Below, piece after piece: positions 9,839-19,706 of a DNA stretch of 64,000 nucleotides. Origin of the DNA: an uncultured archaeon (GTDB lineage Archaea; Thermoproteota; EX4484-205; JAAOZP01); the NCBI GenBank assembly GCA_938045545.1, contig CALIBN010000010.1, forward strand, positions 32,001-96,000. Reading direction: 5' to 3'. The notes below the pieces were generated by a model that had not been told where the DNA came from, did not search any database, and worked only from the letters and a program-made list of their open reading frames with translations. How positions within the stretch are numbered: the first letter of the stretch is position 1; each line of letters opens with the position of its first letter. A program made the position numbers and the translations under genes.

Positions 9839-10507
9839 TTAAAAACAGCACGAGGAGCCCTTAAGAGCCTTAATGATCCTGTCTACAACAGTATCGGGTG
9901 AAACATCTCCACCAGCCTCATCAGGCTCGTAGAAGAAATCTATTACGGTCACCTCAGCCTTCCGGTAGTGTTCAAGCAGTGGAGCAGCCTCATTCTTATA
10001 GACCCTTATCCTCTCCCTTACGACCTCAGGCTTATCGTCATCCCTCTGGTAGAGCTCGCCTCCACACTTGTCGCAAACACCATCAACCTTCGGCGGCAGC
10101 GTGATCTTGTTGTATATTGCGCCGCATTTCCTGCAGACAAGCCTCGAAGACAAGCGTCTAACTATCACTTCATCCGGAACGTTCAGGTTTATCACGAAGT
10201 CTATTTTTGAAACGCCTTCTAGGAAATAGGCCTGCTGAAGTGTCCTTGGATAACCGTCAAGAATAAAACCCTTCCTACAGTCCTCCTGCGAAAGCCTTTT
10301 CTCCATAACCCTGTTAACAACCTCGTCCGGAACAAGTTTCCCGCTTGAAACATAGCTCGATATGCTTTTCCCCAGCTCAGATCCGCTCTTCACCTCATCC
10401 CTCAAAATGTCCCCGGTTGAAATATGCGGCACACCTAGCCTCGGCGCAAGCCTTGAAGCATACGTGCCCTTGCCTGAGCCGGGTGGGCCGAAGATTACAA
10501 TCCTCAT
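9839..10507 (-). CDS. adk: Adenylate kinase, bacterial type with Zn-binding LID
   Basis: GPPGSGKGT, HISTGDILR, LDGYPRT, CRKC...CDKC LID, QRDDD. Confidence 0.95.
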   Translation of the reverse strand: MRIVIFGPPGSGKGTYASRLAPRLGVPHISTGDILRDEVKSGSELGKSISSYVSSGKLVPDEVVNRVMEKRLSQEDCRKGFILDGYPRTLQQAYFLEGVSKIDFVINLNVPDEVIVRRLSSRLVCRKCGAIYNKITLPPKVDGVCDKCGGELYQRDDDKPEVVRERIRVYKNEAAPLLEHYRKAEVTVIDFFYEPDEAGGDVSPDTVVDRIIKALKGSSCCF

Positions 10508-10701
10508 GGAGACGAGCCTCCGTGCCGCGTCTTCCTAACGACCCACTTTACCTTCCTAGGATTTCTGCCCAGCTTCACAGAGTTTCTGAGACACTTGGAG
10601 CTGCAGAACCTCAGTATGCTCCCGTCCCTCTTAACGTAAAGAACGCCCTCTCCGATCAGGAACGTCCTGCTGCAGAAGCTACACTTGAAGGCTGTAGGCG
10701 T
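10504..10701 (-). CDS. rpl24e: Ribosomal protein L24e, not in the ORF track; apparent ACG start
   Basis: Manual translation (M)PTAFKCSFCSR...GVLYVKRDG...FCSSKC...LGRNPRKVKW, 65 aa. Confidence 0.92.
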   Translation of the reverse strand, partial: TPTAFKCSFCSRTFLIGEGVLYVKRDGSILRFCSSKCLRNSVKLGRNPRKVKWVVRKTRHGGSSP

Positions 10702-10707
10702 GACTCA

Positions 10708-10914
10708 TCACCCCGAGAATCTCCTAGCTTCTCTCTCAGTCTCCCTAAGCATAAGTATGTCTCCAACCCTAACTGGGCCCCGCACATTCCTAAGGATAAC
10801 CCTACCCCTGTCTCTGCCCGCGAGAATCCTAACCCTAACCTGAGTAACCTCGCCCGAAGCACCTGACCTAGCTACCAGCTCGACAACCTCTGCCGGAGTA
10901 GCTTCCTCGCTCAA
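10708..10914 (-). CDS. rps28e: Ribosomal protein S28e
   Basis: [31 protein letters not shown]. Confidence 0.96.
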   Translation of the reverse strand: MSEEATPAEVVELVARSGASGEVTQVRVRILAGRDRGRVILRNVRGPVRVGDILMLRETEREARRFSG

Positions 10915-11303
10915 CCGCTTCCCCCAGCCTTCGCCCTTTCAGACTCTATCTTCTTAACCACGCTTTCAAGCATTGGAGCGGCCTCACCCGGGTCTATTAT
11001 CGCCACGGCCGCGGCTGAAACATTAGAGAGGCCAGCGGCCTCGCCGAGCTGCTTCTTATCCGGGACAACTATGTACGGGATTTTCCTATCCCTGCTCAGC
11101 AAAGGTATGTGGAGGACGACCTCGACAGGGTCAGTGTTGTCAGCCACGTACGCGATTTTAGCCACTCCTCTTTCAAGGGCTTTCGTGGTTTCATTGGTGC
11201 CTCTTTTAACCTTACCAGTTTTAGAGGCGATCCTAAGCAGTTCTAAAGCTTCCTCAATAAGCTCCTTACTCGGCTCGTAGTCCGCCGTCTTAACCTTAAC
11301 CAT
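10911..11303 (-). CDS. rpl7ae: Ribosomal protein L7Ae
   Basis: [19 protein letters not shown]...IPY, LGEAAG. Confidence 0.96.
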   Translation of the reverse strand: MVKVKTADYEPSKELIEEALELLRIASKTGKVKRGTNETTKALERGVAKIAYVADNTDPVEVVLHIPLLSRDRKIPYIVVPDKKQLGEAAGLSNVSAAAVAIIDPGEAAPMLESVVKKIESERAKAGGSG

Positions 11304-11373
11304 TTCCGTTAAGCACCTCTACCCTTCCACAGCGGGGACAGAGGGGTATAAAAACTTAAACTTGAAGCTCTTT

Positions 11374-13098
11374 CTAAGGATGGGAGAAAACCAGGTTGAC
11401 AGTGCTTTTCGAAACCGCCTCCACCCTGCAGAATCCGAATCGAACAAGCTGAATAACCCTGCCTGGGTCAAGCTGTGTTAAAGGAGACTCGCCCAGGCCC
11501 TTGGTAAGGCTGGCATCAGGCATGATGACTCTTGTTTCAACAGCGTCACCGGGCAGAACCCACTGGATGAGTTTCACCCCAGAGGATTTCTCAGGGACCT
11601 CCAGACCCTTGAAAAAGGCTTTAACCTTCTTATTACGCAGGTCAATATCTTCAACCTCAACGTTGAAAAGAGACATTAGCCTAAGCCTTGAACCCGGAGC
11701 CAGGTTCTCAACGTCTTCCGATGAAACAATCAGCCTAGCCTCCCCGTTGGAAGGTTTTAAAACAATGAGTCTGGATCCAAGCTCAGGCCTGCTCGGATGT
11801 CTTAGAAGCCTCGCCTCAACCTGCTGGGGAATGTTTCTGACAGCCATCGTGAACGGGTTTTTCACGAAGTAGTATCGCTCTGCCTCCCAGTCTACAGCCT
11901 CCCTGTTGTACGCGTAAAGATTCTCCCATTTAACGGTTGACTCAGCTATGTTCAAGCCCATTTCAAGCATAATCCTCCTCACCACCTCAGGCTTGAATCC
12001 TCTTCTCCTTAAAGCCTTAAGCGTGCCGAGTCTAGGATCGTCCAGCCCGGTGTAAGCACCCTCCGCCAGACCCTTCATTATCCTGGATTTGCTCAACACA
12101 CTGCCCTCAAGCCTAACTCTGCCTATGTGGACTGAAAGCGGGGGTGGAGAGCCCAAGTATTTGAAGACGTATGATTGACGGACCTCGTTCGTCAAATGCT
12201 CCTTACCCCTTATCACGTGGGAAACCTTCATCTCATGATCGTCAATGGCGCAGGACCAGTTGTAGAGCGGCCAGACCCTGAAGCCCGTGACCCTGGGATG
12301 TTTCGCAACATCTATCCTTAACGCGGGCCAGTCTCTCACCGCAGGATTAGGATGCTTCATATCGGTCTTGACCCTCACAACAGCCTCACCCGGGTTGAGG
12401 CTCCCGTTCAGCATCTTCTCCCAGAGGCTTAAGCCTAAATTCGGATCCTGATCCCTATGCGGGCATGGCTCACCCTTCTTTTCGAAAACCCTGAATTCCT
12501 CGGGTTTGCAGAGGCAGACGTACGCGAGGCCTCTTTCAATAAACTTTTCAGCATATTCGTAGTATGTTTGAAGCCTGTCTGACTGGTAATGTATCTCATC
12601 GGGATGGATGCCGAGCCACTCCAGGTCTTCAATAATCCAGTCGTAAGCCTCCTTCAACGGAGGCTTGACTGAGGGAGACGTGTCTTCAAACCTTAGAATA
12701 AGCTTGCCGTTCATCATCTTGGCGTAATAGTTGCAGAGCACAGCCGGCCTTGCGTTGCCAAGCGTAAGAGGCCCATCTGGATTCGGAGCGAACCTTAAAA
12801 CAACTTTAGAGAAGCCCTCTGCCCTAGGCAGTGGAGAAACCTCCTGTTTCAACACCTTCCCCGTTCTCTCAACAACCCCTAGCCTCTTAATTAGCTCAGC
12901 CTGCTCTTCAAGCGTAAGCCTGTTAACCCTCTCAGTCACCTCCCGGATTAGTGGAATAAGCTCCTTAACGCTGCTTCTTAAACCGGGGTTCATGCCGAGC
13001 AGTTTCCCAAGCACCGCCTCAGCCCTAGCCACACCCTTGAAAGCCAAAGCGTTCTCAAGCGCAAGCCTCTCTATCAGGCTGACGAGCTCCTCGCTCAT
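11374..13098 (-). CDS. gltX: Glutamate--tRNA ligase
   Basis: RFAPNPDG, LRFEDT, HVIRGKEH, LSKS, QLVRFGF. Confidence 0.96.
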   Translation of the reverse strand: MSEELVSLIERLALENALAFKGVARAEAVLGKLLGMNPGLRSSVKELIPLIREVTERVNRLTLEEQAELIKRLGVVERTGKVLKQEVSPLPRAEGFSKVVLRFAPNPDGPLTLGNARPAVLCNYYAKMMNGKLILRFEDTSPSVKPPLKEAYDWIIEDLEWLGIHPDEIHYQSDRLQTYYEYAEKFIERGLAYVCLCKPEEFRVFEKKGEPCPHRDQDPNLGLSLWEKMLNGSLNPGEAVVRVKTDMKHPNPAVRDWPALRIDVAKHPRVTGFRVWPLYNWSCAIDDHEMKVSHVIRGKEHLTNEVRQSYVFKYLGSPPPLSVHIGRVRLEGSVLSKSRIMKGLAEGAYTGLDDPRLGTLKALRRRGFKPEVVRRIMLEMGLNIAESTVKWENLYAYNREAVDWEAERYYFVKNPFTMAVRNIPQQVEARLLRHPSRPELGSRLIVLKPSNGEARLIVSSEDVENLAPGSRLRLMSLFNVEVEDIDLRNKKVKAFFKGLEVPEKSSGVKLIQWVLPGDAVETRVIMPDASLTKGLGESPLTQLDPGRVIQLVRFGFCRVEAVSKSTVNLVFSHP

Positions 13099-14189
13099 AC
13101 GATTCTCCTCCCGTTTAGAAGCCTCGCCAGCAGTCCTCTCTGTTCAAGCCATTCAGCCGTCCTACCCCTTACAACAAGCGGTGCTGAGCTGAGCTCCTCA
13201 ATACTCCTAGCGCCGGCAAGGAACATCGTGAACTTTAAGGCAAGCTCGAATGATTTAACCAGTCTCCTAGCCTCCTCAACACCGCCCTTCGAGAAGGAAA
13301 CCAGGAACGGCATAGCCATACCCGTGCAGCTAGCCCCGAGGGCGATGGCTTTCGCAGCGTCAACACCAGTCCTAACGCCTCCGCTCGCTATAACTCTCAG
13401 GCTGCGCGTGGACATTTTTGATTCAACGATGCTGACGGCTGTTGGAACACCCCAGTCCCAAAGAGCCTTGCCCAGCAGAGAAGCCTTGCTCCCACTTCTC
13501 CTTGAACGATAATATTCTACGGCATACCAGCTTGTCCCACCGACACCGGCTACGTCAACCCATTTAACGCCCCAGGACTCTGCGAGCCTAGCAGCCTCCC
13601 CGCTGAAGCCGGCGCCAGTCTCCTTGAGGCAAAGCCTCTCCCCCAGCCTCCAGGATAGTTCAGCCACATGGTTGCCAACTCCTTTGAAACAAGTTTCCCC
13701 CTCAGGCATAACAAGCTCCTGAAGCTTGTTGAAATGTATGGCCAGCGCGTCAGCCCCAACGATCTCCATTGTTTTCAAAGCATACTCTGAGCCGTGTTTA
13801 GCAACCTGGGCGGCGCCTATGTTCGAAATCACCAGCGTCCCCGGAGCCCTTTCCCTGACTACTGAATAAGTGTCTACAAGACTAGGATCCTCCATCGCAG
13901 CCCTGACGCTTCCAACACCGATCCCTATCCCTTCGGCTTCAGCAACCTCAGCCAGACCCATGTTTATTCTTTTAGCCTCCTTTGTCCCCCCGGTTAAAGC
14001 CTCTATTATGAGCGGCAGCCTAAGCCTCTTACCCATGACTGTAACACTGGTTTCTACATCGCTCAGATCAATCTCGCAGACAGCGTTGTGAATAAGCTCA
14101 ACATCCTCGAAACCCGCGGAAACCCTGGAGGAAACATCCTTCTCCAAGGCTATTCGAATATGCTCAGCCTTCCTGCTCTCGGTTGCCAC
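13095..14189 (-). CDS. fni: Type 2 isopentenyl-diphosphate isomerase
   Basis: RKAEHI, LTGG, AIHFN.LQE, KETGAG, GGTSW, ASGGVR. Confidence 0.95.
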   Translation of the reverse strand: MATESRKAEHIRIALEKDVSSRVSAGFEDVELIHNAVCEIDLSDVETSVTVMGKRLRLPLIIEALTGGTKEAKRINMGLAEVAEAEGIGIGVGSVRAAMEDPSLVDTYSVVRERAPGTLVISNIGAAQVAKHGSEYALKTMEIVGADALAIHFNKLQELVMPEGETCFKGVGNHVAELSWRLGERLCLKETGAGFSGEAARLAESWGVKWVDVAGVGGTSWYAVEYYRSRRSGSKASLLGKALWDWGVPTAVSIVESKMSTRSLRVIASGGVRTGVDAAKAIALGASCTGMAMPFLVSFSKGGVEEARRLVKSFELALKFTMFLAGARSIEELSSAPLVVRGRTAEWLEQRGLLARLLNGRRIV

Positions 14190-14419
14190 GGTTTAAGGAT
14201 TCTTCGAGAGTTTTTAACTCTGTTGCCAGCATGGTTTAACCAACCGCTGAAGTTGGCCAAATATACGTGGAATAATGGGTTTATATGAATGCTGTTAGCC
14301 CCGACTCCAAGAGTAAACTGTTTCTCGACCATGGGTGGCGAGTAGAGATTCTGCGACTTTTTTTATCACCTGGATTCACTGTCTCCACAAGAGATTCTAT
14401 ACGGATGTGAAACGGTTTT

Positions 14420-15376
14420 CTACTCTAATTCCTCCGTGTAAACTCCTTTTTCAACCGTTCTAAGGATCATCGTATGAGCATTCAGATTGCGCAACGCTTC
14501 CTCAACGGTGTTCAACGAGCCCTCATCAACCAGTGTAATGACGCATCCTCCACCGCCTCCGCCAGTAAGCTTAGCACCATACGCGCCGGCTGAAATGCTT
14601 GTCCACACCAGGGAGTCAAGCCTACTGTTTGAGACGCCCATTAGGGAGAGGAGAAGATGGTTTAACGTAATTAGCCTGCCTGCTTCAACCATGTCAGTCT
14701 GAAGGAGGCGGCTTATCTTGATTGTGACATCACTTATGGAAGACATAATTATGTTGAAGAGATCCGGTTCCCTCTCCTTGAGGGACGCTACTTTGAGAAT
14801 CATGTCCTTCGTACTCCGCTCCAAGCCTGAGTCAGCCAGCAGGAATATGCCTTGGCCTGCCTCAAGCTTCTCAATCCCCTTGTCTTTAACGAACAGGATT
14901 AAGCCACCCCAGAGTGCTGCCGCCACGTCTACGCCGCTCGGATTAACGTGCGCAACCTTTTCACCCTCCATCGCGAGGCTAAAAACTTTTTCGTCAAAAG
15001 GCTTCTCGTAAACCAGTTTGAGCAGAGCGTTGGCCAATGCGACGGATAATGAGGCTGAAGAACCCATTCCAGAAGCGGGGGGAATATCTGAGCTTATGCG
15101 GATCCTGAGCCTACCTTTAAAACCTTCTGAATCCCGGAATACGTCTATGATTCTCGCGAAAGGCTTTAGCTGGCTTGGGCCTGAGAAAGCCCTGCCTATC
15201 ATCTTCGCAACCCCATACTTGTCTGAGAATATTTCGTGGGCACCGATCTCGTCGAAAGCTTCAACAGAAACCTTCGAGTAAACGTTTACAGCAGCCACTA
15301 GGGCGGGGTGGCCATATACTACGGAGTGCTCGCCGGAAATGATTACTTTCCCAGGAGCCTTGCAGACTATTTTCAA
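14420..15376 (-). CDS. mvk: Mevalonate kinase
   Basis: PGKVII.GEHSVVYG, PPASGMGSSA, PSGVD, KLTGGGGGG. Confidence 0.94.
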   Translation of the reverse strand: MKIVCKAPGKVIISGEHSVVYGHPALVAAVNVYSKVSVEAFDEIGAHEIFSDKYGVAKMIGRAFSGPSQLKPFARIIDVFRDSEGFKGRLRIRISSDIPPASGMGSSASLSVALANALLKLVYEKPFDEKVFSLAMEGEKVAHVNPSGVDVAAALWGGLILFVKDKGIEKLEAGQGIFLLADSGLERSTKDMILKVASLKEREPDLFNIIMSSISDVTIKISRLLQTDMVEAGRLITLNHLLLSLMGVSNSRLDSLVWTSISAGAYGAKLTGGGGGGCVITLVDEGSLNTVEEALRNLNAHTMILRTVEKGVYTEELE

Positions 15377-15382
15377 CAGTGT

Positions 15383-16228
15383 TCACTTGTAGAAGGCTAT
15401 TGAAGCGTAACCCACCACACCACCGTAATCGCCTGAAATCTCTCCGCTGTTATAGTATTTCAACAGGGCGGATTTAGAGCACCCCATCTCCTTCACGCAT
15501 GAGACTAGCGCTATAACTGGACCTAGGCCGCAGAGCGACTCATAATTGACGGCGACGGAGTGAATCAGCTTCTCGTCCAGCGACTCTATTGCTCTGATGG
15601 TCTTCATATCGTTCTCCTCAGCCTCCCCTGCTGGAACATAATGGCTCATGTCCGAGCTGGCGATAACGATGGCCTTTTTCCCTTCAAGAGCCCTGGATAA
15701 AGCTTTTCCAAGCCTAATATTCCTTTCAAGGTTGAAATCATGTATAATTATTGGGATGAGCTTGAACGAGCCTCCGTAGACAAGCTGGAGGAATGGGAGC
15801 TGTATTTCAACAGAGTGTTCGAAAGCATGCGCGTGAAAATTATCCTCGATGAAGGGCGCTGAGCTGAGCAGCAGGCTCACCGTCTGCCTGTCGACCTCCA
15901 CGTCACCGAGCGGAGTACGCCAAACACCTTCGCTCATAGTGGCGAAGCCCGTGGAAGCCATATGGTGGTCGGGCCCCATCACCACCAGCGTTTCCCTAGG
16001 ACCATGGTTAGCAGCCTCGCTGTATGCCCATGTGGCAGCCATACCTGAGTAAACGTATCCGGCATGTGGAACCATGAGGCCAAGCAAGCGGGGATCGTAC
16101 TCTCCGAGAACCGGGATGCTTCCGTATCCCAGTCTCCCCTTGAAAAGACTTTGAAGCTGCTCTAGGAGTCTCTCCCTAGTACCCTCGTACCAGCTTCCAG
16201 CGTACGCTGGCTTTCTAACCCTAGCCAT
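15383..16228 (-). CDS. MEMO1/AmmeMemoRadiSam protein B family
   Basis: PHAGYVYSG, EHSVEIQLPFLQ, ASSDMSHY, VVGYAS. Confidence 0.92.
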   Translation of the reverse strand: MARVRKPAYAGSWYEGTRERLLEQLQSLFKGRLGYGSIPVLGEYDPRLLGLMVPHAGYVYSGMAATWAYSEAANHGPRETLVVMGPDHHMASTGFATMSEGVWRTPLGDVEVDRQTVSLLLSSAPFIEDNFHAHAFEHSVEIQLPFLQLVYGGSFKLIPIIIHDFNLERNIRLGKALSRALEGKKAIVIASSDMSHYVPAGEAEENDMKTIRAIESLDEKLIHSVAVNYESLCGLGPVIALVSCVKEMGCSKSALLKYYNSGEISGDYGGVVGYASIAFYK

Positions 16229-16229
16229 G

Positions 16230-16868
16230 CTAGACTGTCCTCGCAGCCTCCTCAATCTGGGTCTCGAAAGCGTGGAAGTTTTCACTCATGCTTTCAGTCG
16301 GAGAGAGCACTCCCTTGTTCCTGAGAACCTCCCTTGTCAGCAGCCAGAATACTAGGGCTAGGGAGCTGCGCCCCTTGTTGTTGGCGGGAATTATAAGGTC
16401 TATGTAGGAGCAGGAGTCATCGGTGTCACATATGCCTATCACGGGTATTCCGATGAGCGTTGCTTCTCGAATAGCCTTCTCGTCAACCTTAGGGTCTGAA
16501 ACAAGAATTATCTTCGGAGAAATATAGCCTTCATACTTCGGGTTAGAGAAGATGCCCGGTGGAAACCTTTCTACAATAGGCTTGAAACCAGTGTACTCGC
16601 ACATTTTAAGGACCGGTGTTCTCCCATACTCTTTCCCGGATACTATTATCACGTCACTTGGCTCATACCTGGAAAGCCCCTTTCCGGCAACCCTAATCTT
16701 CTCATCGGTTTGAGCAATCTCAATCAGGTTCAGCCCGTCAGGCCTAGTAAACCTTACGAAGCGCCTCATGCAGACAGTGCAAACCTTTGTTCCTATGTGG
16801 ACGCCTGCAGCAATGTACTCCGTCCTCAGAATCAACAGACCTTCTCCGCTCCTCTCACTCGTGCTCAT
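16230..16868 (-). CDS. rps2: Ribosomal protein S2
   Basis: YIAAGVHIG, RFPPGIFSNP, IPANNKG. Confidence 0.96.
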   Translation of the reverse strand: MSTSERSGEGLLILRTEYIAAGVHIGTKVCTVCMRRFVRFTRPDGLNLIEIAQTDEKIRVAGKGLSRYEPSDVIIVSGKEYGRTPVLKMCEYTGFKPIVERFPPGIFSNPKYEGYISPKIILVSDPKVDEKAIREATLIGIPVIGICDTDDSCSYIDLIIPANNKGRSSLALVFWLLTREVLRNKGVLSPTESMSENFHAFETQIEEAARTV

Positions 16869-17089
16869 TGCCTGTAATCCTCCCCCAGCGATAATCCTCG
16901 GGAGTATGAAAGCAGCTCGTCGATATAATCAACATGAGAAATAAACATTCGCCTGCAACAGATCCTTGTAACGTTGAGAGAGTCTAGCACCTGCTTTGGA
17001 TCCTCGCCTGAAGCAACCCTACTCTGGTATTCCTCCCACAAGTGGCCTATTACCTTGCCGCACGTGAAACATCTAACTGGAAACATCAA
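16865..17089 (-). CDS. rpo10: RNA polymerase subunit Rpo10 (N)
   Basis: PVRCFTCGK...CCRRM. Confidence 0.97.
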   Translation of the reverse strand: MMFPVRCFTCGKVIGHLWEEYQSRVASGEDPKQVLDSLNVTRICCRRMFISHVDYIDELLSYSRGLSLGEDYRQ

Positions 17090-17100
17090 GCCATAGTCAC

Positions 17101-17514
17101 CTACCTGTAGGACTTCTGGAACCTCCTTCTAGCACCTGGTCCTCCAAATTTCTTGGGCTCCTTTCTCCGGGGATCTCCAGAGAGGAGATGCCTGTCGAAG
17201 CTTCTGAAAATGTTTCTAACAGTGGAGCTCCTCGTCCACTGAGTAATACCTCTGGCTAAAGCCTGCATAACCGCCCTGGCCTGCGAAGCATGACCCCCGC
17301 CTTCAACCTTAACCTCGACGTCAACATCCTTAAACTGTTCAGGAAGGAGTTTCAAAGGCGTTAAGGCGAGCATCCTGTAGGGATCGTAAAGCCAGTTTTC
17401 AGCGGGGTAACCGTTTATCGTAACGCGCCCGGAACCCTGCTTAACAACAGCCCTAGCCACTGAGCTCTTAACGGAACCAGTTACAACAAGGGGCAGTTTC
17501 CTAGGGGTCGGCAA
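17101..17514 (-). CDS. rps9: Ribosomal protein S9
   Basis: DPRRKEPKKFGGPGAR..FQKSYR. Confidence 0.96.
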   Translation of the reverse strand: MPTPRKLPLVVTGSVKSSVARAVVKQGSGRVTINGYPAENWLYDPYRMLALTPLKLLPEQFKDVDVEVKVEGGGHASQARAVMQALARGITQWTRSSTVRNIFRSFDRHLLSGDPRRKEPKKFGGPGARRRFQKSYR

Positions 17515-17516
17515 AT

Positions 17517-17957
17517 CTAGTCAGCCTCCGGGACGCTGAAAAACCCTTTCAAGTCTGAAAGGGTGAAAGAGCTTCTCCCAAGCCTAGAGGCGTCAGCATC
17601 CTTAAACCTAACAGCCTCACCCTTAACACTACTCGGCCAGCCGCAGTAGACTCTGAGCCTTCTAAAGGCCTCCATCCCCTTAGGCTTATCCATTGGAAGC
17701 ATGCTTTTTACAACGCTCCTAACATAGGTCACTGGGTTCCTAGGATGCCTCGGCGTATGCTTAGGGTTCCTAACGCTCTTCACCTCCAGGAAGCCCACGT
17801 ACTCCCTGATGAAGCTGTCCTTTCTCCCAGATACTCTTGTCTTCTCAGCGTTAACCACGTAAACCCTGTATCCTTCAAGAAGCCTTTTAGCTATGATTGA
17901 ACACATTCTTCCTAGAACCTGGTCGGTTGCGTCAACCACGAGAATCCTTTCAGACAA
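17517..17957 (-). CDS. rpl13: Ribosomal protein L13
   Basis: VDATDQVLGR, VVNAEK, MLP.DKPKG. Confidence 0.95.
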   Translation of the reverse strand: MSERILVVDATDQVLGRMCSIIAKRLLEGYRVYVVNAEKTRVSGRKDSFIREYVGFLEVKSVRNPKHTPRHPRNPVTYVRSVVKSMLPMDKPKGMEAFRRLRVYCGWPSSVKGEAVRFKDADASRLGRSSFTLSDLKGFFSVPEAD

Positions 17958-18294
17958 TTATTTTCACCCCCGAGCCCTTCTGTTCAACCTCTGCAAACTC
18001 GTCCAACCGCATAACCTTGCATCCGGCTGACCTAAGCTTATCTAGCGCGGCCGAGGAGAAGGAGAGGGCGGCAACCGTGACACTATGGTTGATCTCCCCC
18101 TTGCCTAGGACTTTCCCAGGGACCACTACACGGTCACCCTGCTTGGTTAAACGCGAAATCTTACCCACGTTTACCTCGGCCATCCTGCTCCTAGGCCTGG
18201 ACAAAAGGCTCTCAACCCTCCTCCAGAACCTGGAGTCACCTGCCGCCTTCCTCACCGAAATCAACACCCTCCTCGCCGCCACGCTTCTCTTCAA
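17950..18294 (-). CDS. rpl18e: Ribosomal protein L18e
   Basis: EVNVGKI, VVVPGKVLG.G, VAALSFS. Confidence 0.94.
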   Translation of the reverse strand: MKRSVAARRVLISVRKAAGDSRFWRRVESLLSRPRSRMAEVNVGKISRLTKQGDRVVVPGKVLGKGEINHSVTVAALSFSSAALDKLRSAGCKVMRLDEFAEVEQKGSGVKIIV

Positions 18295-18919
18295 CCTCAG
18301 GAAGCGTGAGAGAATCCAGAAGCGTTTTAAACTTATCTCTCAAAATATCAAGAGCCTGCCTGAAAACCTCTATTGAGGGTAGAGAACCTGTTGATTCAAG
18401 CCTGAAAACGAAAGCATCCGGGGAATCCGTGAAGCTGTACGTGGCCAGGGAGGCGGGCTGCCATTTAGCATGCATCTTACCCCTTCCAAGCCTAGCTAAT
18501 GCCTCCAGCCTGAGCTTCCCACCTGGGGGTAGCTTAGTTATAGGAATATTGCCGTAGACAGGGTAAACATCCTCATCCCTGCAGACAAGATGCTTGGAGT
18601 AAACCGTCAAAGGCGAGTCGCCGGCTGAAACATCTATGCTCAGCGTGGTGAAACACTTCTCGCTAGAGCCAAGGCACTCCGGGGAATCCATCGGAAGATA
18701 TTTTCCAGGCGGGGTTCTCAAGGGTATCAGGCCAAGCCTGTTTGAAAGGACCTCGTCGAACATCGGGCTCGAGTTTTCAAAGATGAAGACCTCGTGAACC
18801 GCCAGCGTAGGAACCTCTTCAAGAATAGCCCTTCTTATAGCGTTTACAAGCGCCTCTGAGCATCCTTCTAGCCTAGCCTCTAGATAATCGTCGCTCAGCT
18901 TAAGTATCTTTACATCCAT
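18236..18919 (-). CDS. rpo3: RNA polymerase subunit Rpo3 (D)
   Basis: NAIRRA..EVPT.A, ENSS..FDE...RLGLIP, G.GK.HAKW. Confidence 0.95.
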   Translation of the reverse strand: MDVKILKLSDDYLEARLEGCSEALVNAIRRAILEEVPTLAVHEVFIFENSSPMFDEVLSNRLGLIPLRTPPGKYLPMDSPECLGSSEKCFTTLSIDVSAGDSPLTVYSKHLVCRDEDVYPVYGNIPITKLPPGGKLRLEALARLGRGKMHAKWQPASLATYSFTDSPDAFVFRLESTGSLPSIEVFRQALDILRDKFKTLLDSLTLPEVEEKRGGEEGVDFGEEGGR

Positions 18920-19036
18920 ATTAACGTGCTATTTTCCCCGAGAAGGTATTTAAGGGTTAGCTTCAACGGCCATGGGCCGCTAGGCGCTGAAGCCGCTTGA
19001 AGAACGCTTATTAACCCCCTTTAGCAGGATGGCCGC

Positions 19037-19432
19037 GTGAGCACTGAACAGGGGAAGTATGCAGTCGTACGAATATACTCCTCCAGCAACAACACTATAG
19101 TGCATGCTACGGATCCAAGCGGCGCCTCAACACTCGCAGTATCCGCAGCAGGCCAGCATGTTAAAGCTGATAGGCTTGGAGGCAGCCCTTATGGTGCGAT
19201 GATGGCTGCAAACGCTGTGGCTGGAGCCTTGAAGAAGCTTGGAATAACAAGCATTAAGGTAAGGGTCAGGGCTCCGGGGGGCATAAAGTCTAGAACCCCT
19301 GGACAGGGGGCTCAGGCAGCTATAAGAGCATTAACAAGGGCTGGCCTAAGGATAATAGCGATAGAGGATGTAACACCAATTCCAACCGACGGGACTAGGA
19401 AACCCGGAGGCAGAAGGGGGAGAAGATTCTAG
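19037..19432 (+). CDS. rps11: Ribosomal protein S11 (inverted relative to neighbours)
   Basis: [36 protein letters not shown]. Confidence 0.96.
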   Translation: MSTEQGKYAVVRIYSSSNNTIVHATDPSGASTLAVSAAGQHVKADRLGGSPYGAMMAANAVAGALKKLGITSIKVRVRAPGGIKSRTPGQGAQAAIRALTRAGLRIIAIEDVTPIPTDGTRKPGGRRGRRF

Positions 19433-19706
19433 CCTTTTAAGACAGGGTTTAACCTACACGGGCAAATCCATTCTCCACCTGCTTTACCCAGTTTTCGAAA
19501 CCATTCTTCCTGCAAACCTTTAACAGCAAGACAAACGATGCTCGATTGCTTAACCCAGAGTCATAATGCACGCTCAGCCTTACCTATCCTACTACGGTCT
19601 ATTCAAAACCATCTGTTTAGACCGCTTGGTTAAGCGAGCTTCGTGAGGAACTTTTACCAACCTTGCCCTCATATCACAGACGGCCTCTTCAATCCCCGAG
19701 AGAAAA

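Noticed and set aside
12750-12800. GluRS HIGH motif reads TLGN
   Set aside because: TLGx variants occur in other archaeal GluRS and the remaining motifs are intact.
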